64,000 nt of DNA from IMG/VR virus record IMGVR_UViG_3300032295_003787, positions 387 through 64,386 of that record. One strand, 5' to 3'. Each line of letters starts with the position of its first letter. Position 1 is the stretch's first letter. The translations under genes were made by a program, and so were the position numbers. The DNA comes from a virus (Duplodnaviria; Caudoviricetes). The notes beneath the pieces were generated by a model. The model was not told where the DNA came from, searched no databases, and saw only the letters and a list, made by a program, of their open reading frames with translations. Of the stretch, positions 53,635 through 62,501 are shown piece by piece.

Positions 53635-55080
53635 CTAGTTGCTGCTTCCAGATGATGAAACAGTTTTTCCTGTTGTCGTTTTGATTGACTGAATGAAACA
53701 CGATGGCCATGACCACTTCGGCTTGCGGCCTGATTTCATTTCGTTGAGCATCTTGTTTGCAATGTCAACATCGTGCGCAATCATGACGCGTTCTTTGCGA
53801 CAGAAATTGAAACACTGCACTGCGAGCGAGTCGTAGTACTCACCGTTAATTGCAGTGACTCCACCGTCTGTCACCCAGATGACTGGCGTCTTGTTCGATG
53901 TGCGCTTCTTCACGGCCCACTCGAGAGCTGGCAAGTCAACATTGTTTCCACACATGCGGTTAGGAATTTCTGAAACCATCTTTCCGTCTTTTGCAAGAAC
54001 ATGAAGGTTCGCATTTCCTTTCATGCCGCTGCCATCTTCTGCATACATTGCAACGAGAGCACCCGGTGCTTTGACAATCATGTTGTAGATGTCTTCTTGA
54101 GTGAAAGACATTGAACCTGATGCGTCAATCAGAATGATTCCACCCTTACCACGCGAACGCGTGTCGAAGATTCGGCGTTCAGGGTCAGTAAGCATTCGGT
54201 GAATACGACGAGGATTACGGCCGACAGTTGACGCGCGCTTCTTGCGAGCGATAGAGCCAGGCAATGACTTGTCGAGAATCGCTGTAACAGGATTCAGTTG
54301 TCCCCACGCTCCGCGCCAGGGAGCTACTTCATTGCTTTCATTTCCTTCTTGTGAATGCTTCGCAATGCTCTCTTCGATTTCTTCTTCAGAGACAGGAGGT
54401 TTGTCTTCTTCCTCAGATTCGCTTTGAGCTTCTTCCGGGTCAAGCTGAGCAATTGAGTCAAGCCATGTTGCGAGACGCTCTGTGTAGCCGAATCCGAAAG
54501 GAGCTGGCAGCGTTTCATCGTTAATCGTGCTGCCAAGGTCGCGCTGGTCAATTTTTGAAAACTCAGAAACAATCTTTTTTGCAATTGCTTTGAGCGGCTT
54601 GACCCATTCAGGATGATGTTTGCGCACTCCAGAGAGATAAAGCTTGAGCCCACCGGTCTCGGCAAGAATGACAGCTCCGTAGACTGTGTCGGCCCACTTG
54701 TTGAGTTGTGCATTGCGCTCGCCGCTGGCTTTTTCACTTCCAGTGATGAGAGTTTTGCGCATGTCGATTCCAACACGATTACAAAGATGATTGACGCGTA
54801 CTTCTTCTACTGCGCGCAATGCGCGCTCTGAGGCCCACTTGCGTTCAATCCACTGTGGCCACTGTGTGCCCGGTGAAATTTTCGAGTGCATAACTTCATG
54901 CGCGCGAATGACGCGAGCCAATTCATCGTTATCCATCGGAACATTCATCTCGCGATTAGCAATGTCGGTCCATGGAAGGCCACGCTCTGGTGGACATTCG
55001 TTAACTTCCCAGCGGCCAAAGTCCTCATCCTTGCGGGTGATGAACTCTGGCTCGGCCGAGATGCGTGTGTTCGTTGCCAT
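53635..55080 (-). CDS. HExxH metallopeptidase-like + vWA domain protein (MoxR partner)
   Basis: RAHEVMH...EEVRVN; IILIDASGSM MIDAS; VIWVTDG. Confidence 0.8.
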   Translation of the reverse strand: MATNTRISAEPEFITRKDEDFGRWEVNECPPERGLPWTDIANREMNVPMDNDELARVIRAHEVMHSKISPGTQWPQWIERKWASERALRAVEEVRVNHLCNRVGIDMRKTLITGSEKASGERNAQLNKWADTVYGAVILAETGGLKLYLSGVRKHHPEWVKPLKAIAKKIVSEFSKIDQRDLGSTINDETLPAPFGFGYTERLATWLDSIAQLDPEEAQSESEEEDKPPVSEEEIEESIAKHSQEGNESNEVAPWRGAWGQLNPVTAILDKSLPGSIARKKRASTVGRNPRRIHRMLTDPERRIFDTRSRGKGGIILIDASGSMSFTQEDIYNMIVKAPGALVAMYAEDGSGMKGNANLHVLAKDGKMVSEIPNRMCGNNVDLPALEWAVKKRTSNKTPVIWVTDGGVTAINGEYYDSLAVQCFNFCRKERVMIAHDVDIANKMLNEMKSGRKPKWSWPSCFIQSIKTTTGKTVSSSGSSN

Positions 55081-55808
55081 TACGAAACCTTGTCGATAAG
55101 AATGGCGTCAAGGATTGATGTGCCGCGAGAGCCGAACACCATGTGTGCAGCCTTCTCGTCTCCGAGCGCTTTGCGAAGCTTGTCGAACGCGTAGAACGAG
55201 CGGAGAGACAAACGACGATGACCTGCATCTGCCATCTGAATTGCGTAAGCGCGCAAGTCGTACGAAAGCTTTTCAAGAGCTGCTGGATGCGGGCGGTCGA
55301 TGCGGATTGCAACAGGGAAGCGGTCCTTCAAAGCTGTAGGCAAGTCATCCATGTCTTCGACATTCGTTGTCATGACAACTGAGTAACCCTCGAGCGGCCG
55401 GACAATTTCGTTTGTCGATGGATGAGACCACTCTGCAGAATCGGCAGTGTCTGTCATTGCAAGCAATGTTGCAAACACGTCTCCACCGGCCTTGTCGATT
55501 TCGTCAACAACGAGGCGGCCACCCTTTTCTCCGTCGCCGCTCCATGCGCGAACAGCTGCACCTTCGTGCCATGTCCAGGTTCCGGATGCGTTCGGCATCC
55601 ATGCTCCAGTGACATCTGCATTCGTCATGTCGTCGGTGCAAACAAGACGATGAGCTCCACGCTCGACTTCTCCGTAGTTGAGACCTGCGTAGGTCTTGCC
55701 GGTTCCTGGGGGGCCGAACAAGATGAGACGGTCGATGCCGGCGTTAAGAGCATCTGCTACTTCGGCCCAGCAGCCCTCGAGAGGCATTGCGGTAATTGAA
55801 TGTGACAT
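55080..55808 (-). CDS. MoxR/CobS-type AAA+ ATPase
   Basis: GPPGTGKT Walker A, LVVDEID Walker B, TTN and ALKDRF. Confidence 0.88.
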   Translation of the reverse strand: MSHSITAMPLEGCWAEVADALNAGIDRLILFGPPGTGKTYAGLNYGEVERGAHRLVCTDDMTNADVTGAWMPNASGTWTWHEGAAVRAWSGDGEKGGRLVVDEIDKAGGDVFATLLAMTDTADSAEWSHPSTNEIVRPLEGYSVVMTTNVEDMDDLPTALKDRFPVAIRIDRPHPAALEKLSYDLRAYAIQMADAGHRRLSLRSFYAFDKLRKALGDEKAAHMVFGSRGTSILDAILIDKVS

Positions 55809-55847
55809 TTGATTTTCCTCCTAAGAAAATTCGTTTGGTGACTTGAA

Positions 55848-55879
55848 CCCGGGTCGGTAATATCCGTGCCCGACCCGGG
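55848..55879. terminator. Strong GC stem-loop
   Basis: CCCGGGTCGG-N12-CCGACCCGGG perfect 10-bp stem. Confidence 0.5.
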
Positions 55880-55893
55880 AACAAGAATGTTTG

Positions 55894-56295
55894 CTAGGCC
55901 GCGCTCGAAACGCGGTTGGCGGACTTGGACTCGACGCTTACTGGCGTCGTAAGGATGCGGGTGAAGCTTGTTGTCTTCGTGGCCGCGTCTGCAACATCTT
56001 GTGCGATGAGCTCTGTCTTGACAGCTGCCTTGAGCTTGTCAGCATCGACCGTGAGCTTCGTAACCTTCTTGAAGATTGCTGGCTTCACAAGACCGGAGAG
56101 AATCTCCACGTCGTAGCTGGAGCGTGAGCTTTCGCTGATTGTGACTTTGACACCGTCGACAACTGTCATCTCGATGCCTGCTGTGGCGTAAGCAAGCTTG
56201 AGCTGTGACTCTGCTTCCTTCTTTGCAGCTTCGGCAGCTTCGAGAGCTTCCTTGGCGGCGATGAATGCCTTAGCGGCTTGGTCTGCTGTAATCAT
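55894..56295 (-). CDS. Hypothetical coiled-coil protein (weak Gam/Gp157-like impression); alternative in-frame start at 56388
   Basis: GGAGG RBS before 56295 and AAGGAGG before 56388; VDADKLKAAVK. Confidence 0.55.
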   Translation of the reverse strand: MITADQAAKAFIAAKEALEAAEAAKKEAESQLKLAYATAGIEMTVVDGVKVTISESSRSSYDVEILSGLVKPAIFKKVTKLTVDADKLKAAVKTELIAQDVADAATKTTSFTRILTTPVSVESKSANRVSSAA

Positions 56296-56418
56296 GATTC
56301 CTCCTGAATCGTGTTGGTGGCTTTTGGAAGATTTGGGGCCAGGTTCATCCTTTCGGTAGAACCCGACCCCCACTCTTCTTCTGGCCATTTTGGCCCTCCT
56401 TGGTGAGGTGCACCTTGT

Positions 56419-56447
56419 AAGGTACAGGTGACAATCGAGCTTGTCAA
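56419..56447 (-). promoter_or_regulatory. Sigma-A-like promoter TTGACA-17-TACCTT
   Basis: Consensus -35 with a 17-nt spacer. Confidence 0.65.
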
Positions 56448-56465
56448 CCTGCATTACAAACTTTT

Positions 56466-56666
56466 TTAGATTTTTTCCCGAGCTGCCAATTTCACAGCCG
56501 ATGCGAGAACTTTTCCACGAGCCATGAGAGCTTCTACGGCCGTGATGGCGAGCACGAAACGAGCGTCGTTGTCTGTCTCCCCCCAGCTTTCGTTCAGCTC
56601 ATCTACAGCTGGCTGGATTGCAAGCAGAATTTCTGCCATCTCCATTGCGGTTTCTTCGATGTTCAT
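56466..56666 (-). CDS. Hypothetical protein
   Basis: AAGGGG RBS; own promoter. Confidence 0.55.
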   Translation of the reverse strand: MNIEETAMEMAEILLAIQPAVDELNESWGETDNDARFVLAITAVEALMARGKVLASAVKLAAREKI

Positions 56667-56693
56667 TTGTGCCCCTTTCATCTGGCGGGGTGA

Positions 56694-56722
56694 ACCGTAC
56701 ACCTGTCAGGGACAAGCTGCAA
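56694..56722 (-). promoter_or_regulatory. Sigma-A-like promoter TTGCAG-17-TACGGT
   Basis: Hexamers and 17-nt spacer. Confidence 0.5.
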
Positions 56723-56785
56723 CATCGCCGGCGAAAATTCTCGAGCTCAAATGCTGCGGCCGGTAAAAAAAAAAAAAATCCAGCT

Positions 56786-56830
56786 CTCTTCCGCCACCGT
56801 CACTTTTTTTGTCCAGGGTCGGGCGGGACT
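56786..56830 (+). repeat. Box A-B element copy 4
   Basis: CTCTTCCGCCACCGTCA, 19 nt, GGCGGGACT; preceded by an A14 tract. Confidence 0.9.
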
Positions 56831-56948
56831 CTCGAGCTCATCCAGGCCAGCAGCGCGCTGATTCGGGCCGTCTGGCTGCGTCTGAAAAAAGATGCCGGGA
56901 GCCCCGCGCTCCGTGAAAGACCCGGCGGGGCTACTGGGGCCAAGACGC

Positions 56949-56985
56949 AAAAAAGCCCCCACCCGAAGGCAGGGGCAATTTTTTT
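56949..56985. terminator. Bidirectional intrinsic terminator
   Basis: A-tract, GCCCC..GGGGC stem, T-tract. Confidence 0.55.
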
Positions 56986-56989
56986 CTAG

Positions 56990-57253
56990 CTAGAAAGGGT
57001 TCGGCATGTCCATCGCGCGGGTGTGCCAAGCGCCGGTGTCCCAAAGTTGGCGGCCAAAAGTGACTGCAACCTCAAACATCCGTTGCTGAGAGACCTTGTG
57101 GTTGTCCCAAAGCCCGCTCACGATGTCGGAGACAAGGCCATTGAAGGCCTCGGCTCCAGTTGTCGCAAGAGTGAAATAGTGCTCATCGACCAAGTCGAGA
57201 AGTTCGGCATCCGAAAAAATCCCGTAGTCGATGTATCCAGAAAAACTAGTCAT
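56990..57253 (-). CDS. Hypothetical protein
   Basis: GGGAG RBS; coupled to the upstream ORF. Confidence 0.5.
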   Translation of the reverse strand: MTSFSGYIDYGIFSDAELLDLVDEHYFTLATTGAEAFNGLVSDIVSGLWDNHKVSQQRMFEVAVTFGRQLWDTGAWHTRAMDMPNPF

Positions 57254-57476
57254 CGGTCTTGTCTCCCTGAACTTCGGCGGCTCCGTGATAATCGACGGTG
57301 TGAACGTAAATCTCGGTGTCGATGTGTTCGTACTGGCCCTGAGGCTCAACGATGGTCACTTCCATCGGGAAGTCCTGAACGTAATCCTGAATGTCGTCCT
57401 CGGTGAAGTCGTCTGGTACCTCGATGGTAATCCAGACTTCAACATCGAGCGCTTGTGCAAACTGAACCTTTTTCAT
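57246..57476 (-). CDS. Acidic hypothetical protein
   Basis: GGAGG RBS, TGATG coupling. Confidence 0.55.
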   Translation of the reverse strand: MKKVQFAQALDVEVWITIEVPDDFTEDDIQDYVQDFPMEVTIVEPQGQYEHIDTEIYVHTVDYHGAAEVQGDKTDD

Positions 57477-57754
57477 CAGTCCTCCATTTCGTCGTCGTCT
57501 GCAAGGAACGATTCGAGGTGGTGTCCCTCGATAATTGCCCAAGCCGGTGCCGCTGTCTGGCCACGCCAGAGAGAAACGCCGCCAAGGTCAATAAGGCGGT
57601 TGCTCTCGCCCTCATTGAAGGCGTCGATGGCCTCAATGCATGGCTGCACCATTGTTACTGGCACCGGTGGGAAATGATTGCTTGTCAAATGCCAACTGAG
57701 TGCACGCTCAAAGCTGGACACTTCGAGCATTCCTTCGAGACTTTGCTGTCCCAT
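57476..57754 (-). CDS. Hypothetical protein
   Basis: GGAGG RBS; LSWHLTSNHFPPVP...C..AI motif. Confidence 0.6.
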   Translation of the reverse strand: MGQQSLEGMLEVSSFERALSWHLTSNHFPPVPVTMVQPCIEAIDAFNEGESNRLIDLGGVSLWRGQTAAPAWAIIEGHHLESFLADDDEMED

Positions 57755-57796
57755 GATTAGTCCTCCAGACTTGCCGACCCGTTGTCGGCAGAAATA

Positions 57797-57841
57797 AATC
57801 TATCGGTGTGGCTTGCAATGTGCAACACGCAAGGCTACGAT
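57797..57841. promoter_or_regulatory. Overlapping divergent sigma-A-like promoters
   Basis: Plus: TTGCAA-17-TACGAT (57813-57841). Minus: TTGCAC-17-TAGATT (57825-57797). Confidence 0.65.
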
Positions 57842-57871
57842 TATTTATCTAACAACCTTTAGGAGGGTCAA

Positions 57872-58396
57872 ATGGGAATGGACGTCATGGGCAATGAGCC
57901 TAAGTCCGAAGTCGGAAAATACTTCCGCAACAATGTGTGGTACTGGCGACCACTGTGGAACTACTGCTGTGAAGTGGCACCGGACATCATCGGTGAAGAA
58001 CTTGCAGACATTGGCCATTTCAACGATGGTGCCGGTCTCGATGCCGCGCAAGCCGAACAACTTGGCAACCGTCTCATTGCCGAGTTCGTGTCCGGTCAGA
58101 CGGAAGAGGCTAAGCGCAAGTACGACCTCGAAATCTCCGAGATTCCACTTGTCGACTGCACCTACTGTGAGACAACTGGAATCCGCACAGACGGAGTAGG
58201 CGAAAGCATGGGAATGCCGACCAAGGAACTTTCCGAGGACAAGGCAATTATTCTCGGGCGCACTCATGGCACCTGTAACGCCTGTGACGGTCTCGGAAAG
58301 CGTGAGCACTACGCAACGAGTTACCCGTTTGACGTTGACAACGTCGTCGAGTTTGCACGATTCTGCATCGACTCCGGCGGCTTCGCTATTTACTAG
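57872..58396 (+). CDS. Conserved phage hypothetical protein with Zn ribbon
   Basis: YFRNNVWYWRPLW, CTYC, CNAC and YPF..DNV..FA.F...SGGF.I; AGGAGG RBS. Confidence 0.7.
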   Translation: MGMDVMGNEPKSEVGKYFRNNVWYWRPLWNYCCEVAPDIIGEELADIGHFNDGAGLDAAQAEQLGNRLIAEFVSGQTEEAKRKYDLEISEIPLVDCTYCETTGIRTDGVGESMGMPTKELSEDKAIILGRTHGTCNACDGLGKREHYATSYPFDVDNVVEFARFCIDSGGFAIY

Positions 58397-58410
58397 CCCG
58401 ACCCGAAAAG

Positions 58411-58445
58411 GCCCCCGCTGAGGAAACTCGGTGGGGGTTTTTTTT
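58411..58445 (+). terminator. Intrinsic terminator
   Basis: CCCCCGCTGAG-GAAA-CTCGGTGGGGG followed by T8. Confidence 0.75.
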
Positions 58446-58464
58446 ATTGCCGGGCCGGCAGCTC

Positions 58465-58531
58465 GACATCCGCCACCGTCGTTTTTTCGGGCACGCGTGA
58501 GCCCCGCCCCCTCCCTGACGGAGTCGGGGCT
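58465..58531 (+). repeat. Box A-B element copy 5 plus inverted B pair
   Basis: GACATCCGCCACCGTCG, 18 nt, AGCCCCG-N18-CGGGGCT; isolated between two convergent terminators. Confidence 0.85.
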
Positions 58532-58548
58532 TCTGACTCGGGACGTAG

Positions 58549-58576
58549 AAAAACCCCCCAGCAGCGAGCCAGGGGG
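58549..58576 (-). terminator. Intrinsic terminator for 58594..58782
   Basis: CCCCC..GGGGG stem with a T-tract on the minus strand. Confidence 0.55.
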
Positions 58577-58593
58577 CCTTTCAGACGTCGAGT

Positions 58594-58782
58594 TCAGACA
58601 GAAACTGAACCGAAAATGGCTTCGTGGAACTTTTCACGGTCGAAGCGCGCGTTGTTGCGCTTGAGGGCATCAGCCATGCAGCGAACAGCCACGCAAAATC
58701 CGCTCTTTTCTTCTTCCGTCTCAAGACGCTTGAAGTCGATGCGAAGTTCTTCGGCCAGTTGGCGGTAGTCCTTGCGGGTCAT
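58594..58782 (-). CDS. Small conserved phage protein
   Basis: MTRKDY..LAE...ADAL...N.RFDREKF; AAGGAG RBS. Confidence 0.7.
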   Translation of the reverse strand: MTRKDYRQLAEELRIDFKRLETEEEKSGFCVAVRCMADALKRNNARFDREKFHEAIFGSVSV

Positions 58783-58818
58783 TTTTTTCTCCTTTCTTTT
58801 TTAATTCGGGCGGCGGGA

Positions 58819-58950
58819 TTATCCGAAAACAGTCCAGCCGTTTTTTGTCAAAAATTCTGCGACCATGTCGAGACATTCTCCGTCGGTGGCTTCTTCGCCT
58901 CCAAGATTCAGAATGCGAATAATTTCTTCGATTTGCTGCTCAGGCGTCAC
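58819..58950 (-). CDS. Small hypothetical protein
   Basis: AAGGGG RBS then GTG; TDGECLD motif. Confidence 0.45.
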   Translation of the reverse strand: MTPEQQIEEIIRILNLGGEEATDGECLDMVAEFLTKNGWTVFG

Positions 58951-59132
58951 GGGTTCCCCTTTCCTTATAGACGACAGCACGAAGGATATCGGAATGGCTA
59001 TCAAAAAATGCGCCATCAAGAAAAATAAATCTCAAACTTTTTTTGACATTTCCAGACGCAACGTCCCTTAGCGAAAAATTTTTGGTGAGCTGGCACGTCG
59101 GCCGGCATGGCCGAAAGAAAAAAACCCCAGTT

Positions 59133-59176
59133 CTCTTCCGCCACCGTCACTATTTCACCACAGGGCTGGCGGGGCT
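59133..59176 (+). repeat. Box A-B element copy 6
   Basis: CTCTTCCGCCACCGTCA, 18 nt, GGCGGGGCT. Confidence 0.9.
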
Positions 59177-59297
59177 CCCAACCCCCGCTTAGCTGCTCCA
59201 GCTGCCGGCTACGTAGCTTCTGGATGGGGAAACGAAAGCCCCGGGCCAGCTCCGCCGGATGCGGGTATTTTTTAAGTTTCGGCCCCACGGCCGCAGC

Positions 59298-59392
59298 AAA
59301 AAAAGTCCAGCTGAGGTTGTTTTTTTATTTTCGCCAGAGTAGATTAAAAAAGAACTACTTCTCGTGGGCGGAGCCATGCCCAAAAACAGGCT
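59298..59392 (+). repeat. ~95-bp bipartite repeat R1
   Basis: A-tract-GTCCAGCTGAGGTTGT7-ATTTTCGCCAGA...GGCGGAGCCATGCCCAAAAACAGGCT. Confidence 0.85.
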
Positions 59393-59691
59393 GGACCCCC
59401 CTTTGAGCTGGCGCTTTGCCTGGTTCGGGCTCCAAATTCCAGGCAGCTGAGCTCACGTGGTCGCACGGCCGGAGGAAAAAAATTTCCAGCGCTGGCTTCC
59501 GGCAGCTCCGACGCACGCTGGAACGCGTCAGCCCCGCAATCCCCAAGCGAAGCGCGGGACTCTCGAGCATGTTCTCGAGATGTTTCTTGAGCCATGGTCC
59601 GGTCGACCAGGAAAAAATATCAATTTCAACGTTGTTATTTTCACCGGCAGCTACGTATGCTCGCATCACCTATTTAAAGAAAGGGTTTCAA

Positions 59692-59946
59692 ATGGCAACT
59701 AACCACAATTACCAGGGCCTTGAGTGCACCGTTGTGTGGGCTGACAGTCCTGACGGGGAGGAAGATGTTTTTATTTCATTCCTTCCTGAGGAAGACACGG
59801 TCGATGACGAAGAAATTTTCTTCTACTTCACTGAAGAGGAGGTCCAACTTCTTCTGAAAGCAATCTTGGAACGCCGCGAACGCTTCTCGGTAAACAGGGA
59901 ATGGTGGATTGAATTGATGTGCGATTATGTGTTGGTCTACCAATGA
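59692..59946 (+). CDS. Acidic hypothetical protein
   Basis: AAGGG RBS; DDEEIFFYF. Confidence 0.55.
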   Translation: MATNHNYQGLECTVVWADSPDGEEDVFISFLPEEDTVDDEEIFFYFTEEEVQLLLKAILERRERFSVNREWWIELMCDYVLVYQ

Positions 59947-60014
59947 TTATCGGTGCAGTTTTTTTCTTCCTGCTGCTGGTCTCAATTTTTGACTAGCCGC
60001 TAACTCAAGCTTTT

Positions 60015-60050
60015 AAAACCCCCTGTTGTTTTGTGCGACAGGGGGTTTTT
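60015..60050. terminator. Bidirectional intrinsic terminator
   Basis: AAAACCCCCTGTTG...CGACAGGGGGTTTTT. Confidence 0.7.
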
Positions 60051-60134
60051 GCTGTCCCAGTACTTTTTTGCAATGCAATGTCCGATTCCGACAGCTAAGC
60101 CGCCTTGGGAAAAAATTCTGACTCTGGTCGCATC

Positions 60135-60178
60135 CTCTTCCGCCACCGTCATTATTTCTGACTGGGGTCGGCGGGGCT
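60135..60178 (+). repeat. Box A-B element copy 7
   Basis: CTCTTCCGCCACCGTCA, 18 nt, GGCGGGGCT. Confidence 0.9.
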
Positions 60179-60521
60179 CTTTACCTCCAGCTCAGCCAGC
60201 TCGAGAATCAAATTTGGTCTTCCGGCCGTGCGGCCCAGAAACCAGACGGCTCTTTTTTTTGCATTTCAAAAGTCGGCCGAAACTTGAAAAATGCGACTTT
60301 TTTAAAAGCCTTATTTTGCAAGGGTTTCAGAACCCCTTTTTTCGTTCTCGGTCTCACGGCCGCAGAAAGTTGCCGGGAACTGGGCTGGTCAAAGAATTCG
60401 TACGTACATCCACATCGCGCTTGCAATGAAGCCCCGCCATCAAAGATGACTCTTCGGGGCTCCCGCGCTGATGCCGGGCGAAGGAACGTGGATGCGTGCG
60501 TTTCGGTCTCCCGGCCGTGGG

Positions 60522-60620
60522 AAAAAAGAAATTCCAACTCAGGTTGTTTTTTTTATTTTCGCCAGATTAAATAACAAAAGAGAGTTTTCACGGGGGCGGA
60601 GCCATGCCCAAAATCAGGCT
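60522..60620 (+). repeat. ~95-bp bipartite repeat R2
   Basis: A-tract-TTCCAACTCAGGTTGT8-ATTTTCGCCAGA...GGCGGAGCCATGCCCAAAATCAGGCT. Confidence 0.85.
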
Positions 60621-60920
60621 TCCCCTGCCTTTTGAGGCTCGGATTCGCTCGGAGCTCGGCGTTCGGTCGGAAAAATTCTCCACCGGCTCGGCAGCTCCCG
60701 GCAGCCACGAGTGAAGAAAAAACTGAATCCGCCCGAGGGAGCGAGGTAGCCCCGCTACCGAAGGTGGCCCCTCGGGGCTCTTTACCCCGAAGCAGCCAGC
60801 TCTTTCCCGAAGCCAGTAAGTTTTTTCATGCTCCGGCCGTGCATTTTTTTGTTCCGGCCTAACCGGACGGTCGGAAATTTTCTACCGGCGGTCGAAGCAC
60901 GCATCGGCGCACGGGCAAAG

Positions 60921-60950
60921 AAAAACCCCACCGGACGAATCCGATGGGGT
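60921..60950 (-). terminator. Intrinsic terminator for 60971..61414
   Basis: CCCCATCGGA-TTCG-TCCGGTGGGG followed by T5 on the minus strand. Confidence 0.7.
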
Positions 60951-60970
60951 CGTTCTTGTTGTGGGGGGTT

Positions 60971-61414
60971 CTAGTTCGTCAGGAACGACGAGAAGGCGTT
61001 AGCCAGAGAGCCAGTCGCAGAGCCAGGGTCAATCACAGGCTCGTCAGGCTCGTCTGAGAAGCGCAGAACGGACGCAACGCCATCGTCAGCGTTACCGACA
61101 ACAGCGAGGCGCACACGACGACGGGCAGGGTGCTCAGAGGGCGCACCCTCAACCTCACCGTTGGCACCGAGTGGTGCAGCCCAACCGCTTGTGACGAGAG
61201 CAAAGGTCGTGAACTTTGTCTTGCGCTCGCTCATGGGCTTGGACAGAATTTCATAAACGTCCTCGGCCATATCAACGATGGAAAGGACAACTTTGTTTGA
61301 CTTACCGACAGTCACTCCGTAGATACGGGCACTGGGGATTTTGAAAGGCTCATGAAGGGTGTCAGAAAAAACTTTGTCAAGTTCCTTCTCAACCATCGTG
61401 GCTGTTTCGGACAT
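60971..61414 (-). CDS. Conserved phage hypothetical protein
   Basis: GAGGAGG upstream; TSGWAAPL...PSEHP.RRRVRL...SVLRF.DEPD...D.G.A.GSLA. Confidence 0.65.
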   Translation of the reverse strand: MSETATMVEKELDKVFSDTLHEPFKIPSARIYGVTVGKSNKVVLSIVDMAEDVYEILSKPMSERKTKFTTFALVTSGWAAPLGANGEVEGAPSEHPARRRVRLAVVGNADDGVASVLRFSDEPDEPVIDPGSATGSLANAFSSFLTN

Positions 61415-61488
61415 TGGGATACGCACAATTCCTCCTCGGAATAATTTGGACTTCCTAAAAATACCTGAGCAGCGACTAAAAAACAAGG

Positions 61489-61749
61489 CTATTCCTTCTC
61501 TTTCTTTGTGTAGTGATTACGCCATTCTGAGGGGGCGTGTTCTTCCTCAACTTCGGTCTTGTGTTGTTCGTCTTCGTACATGCGAATGATGTGCATGCAG
61601 GGGTCAAGCCCTTCACCGAATTCTTCGTCTTCCGAACGAGACATTGGAATTCCATCGTGGGTGTAGCAAACAGGTGCACCGCACCAGCCTTGCGTGAGGC
61701 CTTGAACTATCCATTCCTCAAAAGTTTGTGCGTCTTCCGCCACCGTCAT
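61489..61749 (-). CDS. Small Cys/His hypothetical protein whose start overlaps box A copy 8
   Basis: GAAGGA RBS; MTVAEDAQTFEEW...GWCGAPVCYTHDG.P...DPCMHIIR. Confidence 0.65.
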   Translation of the reverse strand: MTVAEDAQTFEEWIVQGLTQGWCGAPVCYTHDGIPMSRSEDEEFGEGLDPCMHIIRMYEDEQHKTEVEEEHAPSEWRNHYTKKEKE

Positions 61750-61775
61750 TATTTCCTTCACTCGTGAGCCCCGCG
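61732..61775 (+). repeat. Box A-B element copy 8
   Basis: GTCTTCCGCCACCGTCA, 18 nt, AGCCCCGCG (box B inverted). Confidence 0.88.
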
Positions 61776-62020
61776 CGACCGCTGTGGGGCTTTTCGCCAG
61801 TTTGCCGCTGCTTGCCGCCGATGTCAAGAGCTTTTCCGCAGTCTGGGTCTAAGCCCCGCTCCTGTCTGGGTCCCGGCGGGGCTTCTGGGCTCGGAGAGAG
61901 CGAAGACGTCTGGACAGGGGGGATTTTTCTGTTTCGGCCCTGCGGCCGTGCGACCGAAACGCGTTGAAAAGTTCCAGCCCGGCGGCGAGGGGAGAAAAAA
62001 GCGGGGAGAAAGCGCCCGAA

Positions 62021-62115
62021 AGCAGTTTTTGGGCAGAGCTCCGCCAGCACAAATGGTTTGTTTTCAAAGCTAGCCTGGGTCGGAGAAAAAAACAACCCGA
62101 GTCGGAACTTTTTTT
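62021..62115 (-). repeat. ~95-bp bipartite repeat R3 (inverted, diverged)
   Basis: Minus strand: A7-GTTCCGACTCGGGTTGT7...GGCGGAGCTCTGCCCAAAAAC with the same 52-bp spacing as R1. Confidence 0.75.
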
Positions 62116-62501
62116 GGCTGAGCTGGCACGTGCCGCCGGGAAGCCGGAGAAAAACGCTGGCGAGCTGGCGCTGGGGGTCGAAAGCCCCGTAGTCAACTAC
62201 AGATGCTCGAGTTTCGTTTGCCGGGAGTTGCCGGGAACCTCGAGCCGACCTTCGGGCCAATTTTGTCTTCGACCTGAGCTTCCGCTGCTGGCTCGAGCCG
62301 GGCCGAAGAGATTGTGAATTGCATAAAGCCAACGCGGGGCTATTGAGTAGCGGAGTCTCGAGCTGAACAGGTTGCGTAGTGACGAAGCTGTGTTTGGGCT
62401 CGCAGAGTGCAAACACGCTGAGGAACGTAGCGACCAGTGTAAGCGAGAGCGTAGCGGGGGTTCCGGGGCTGACGAGTAAGTCAATTCGCCGGCATTGACC
62501 G

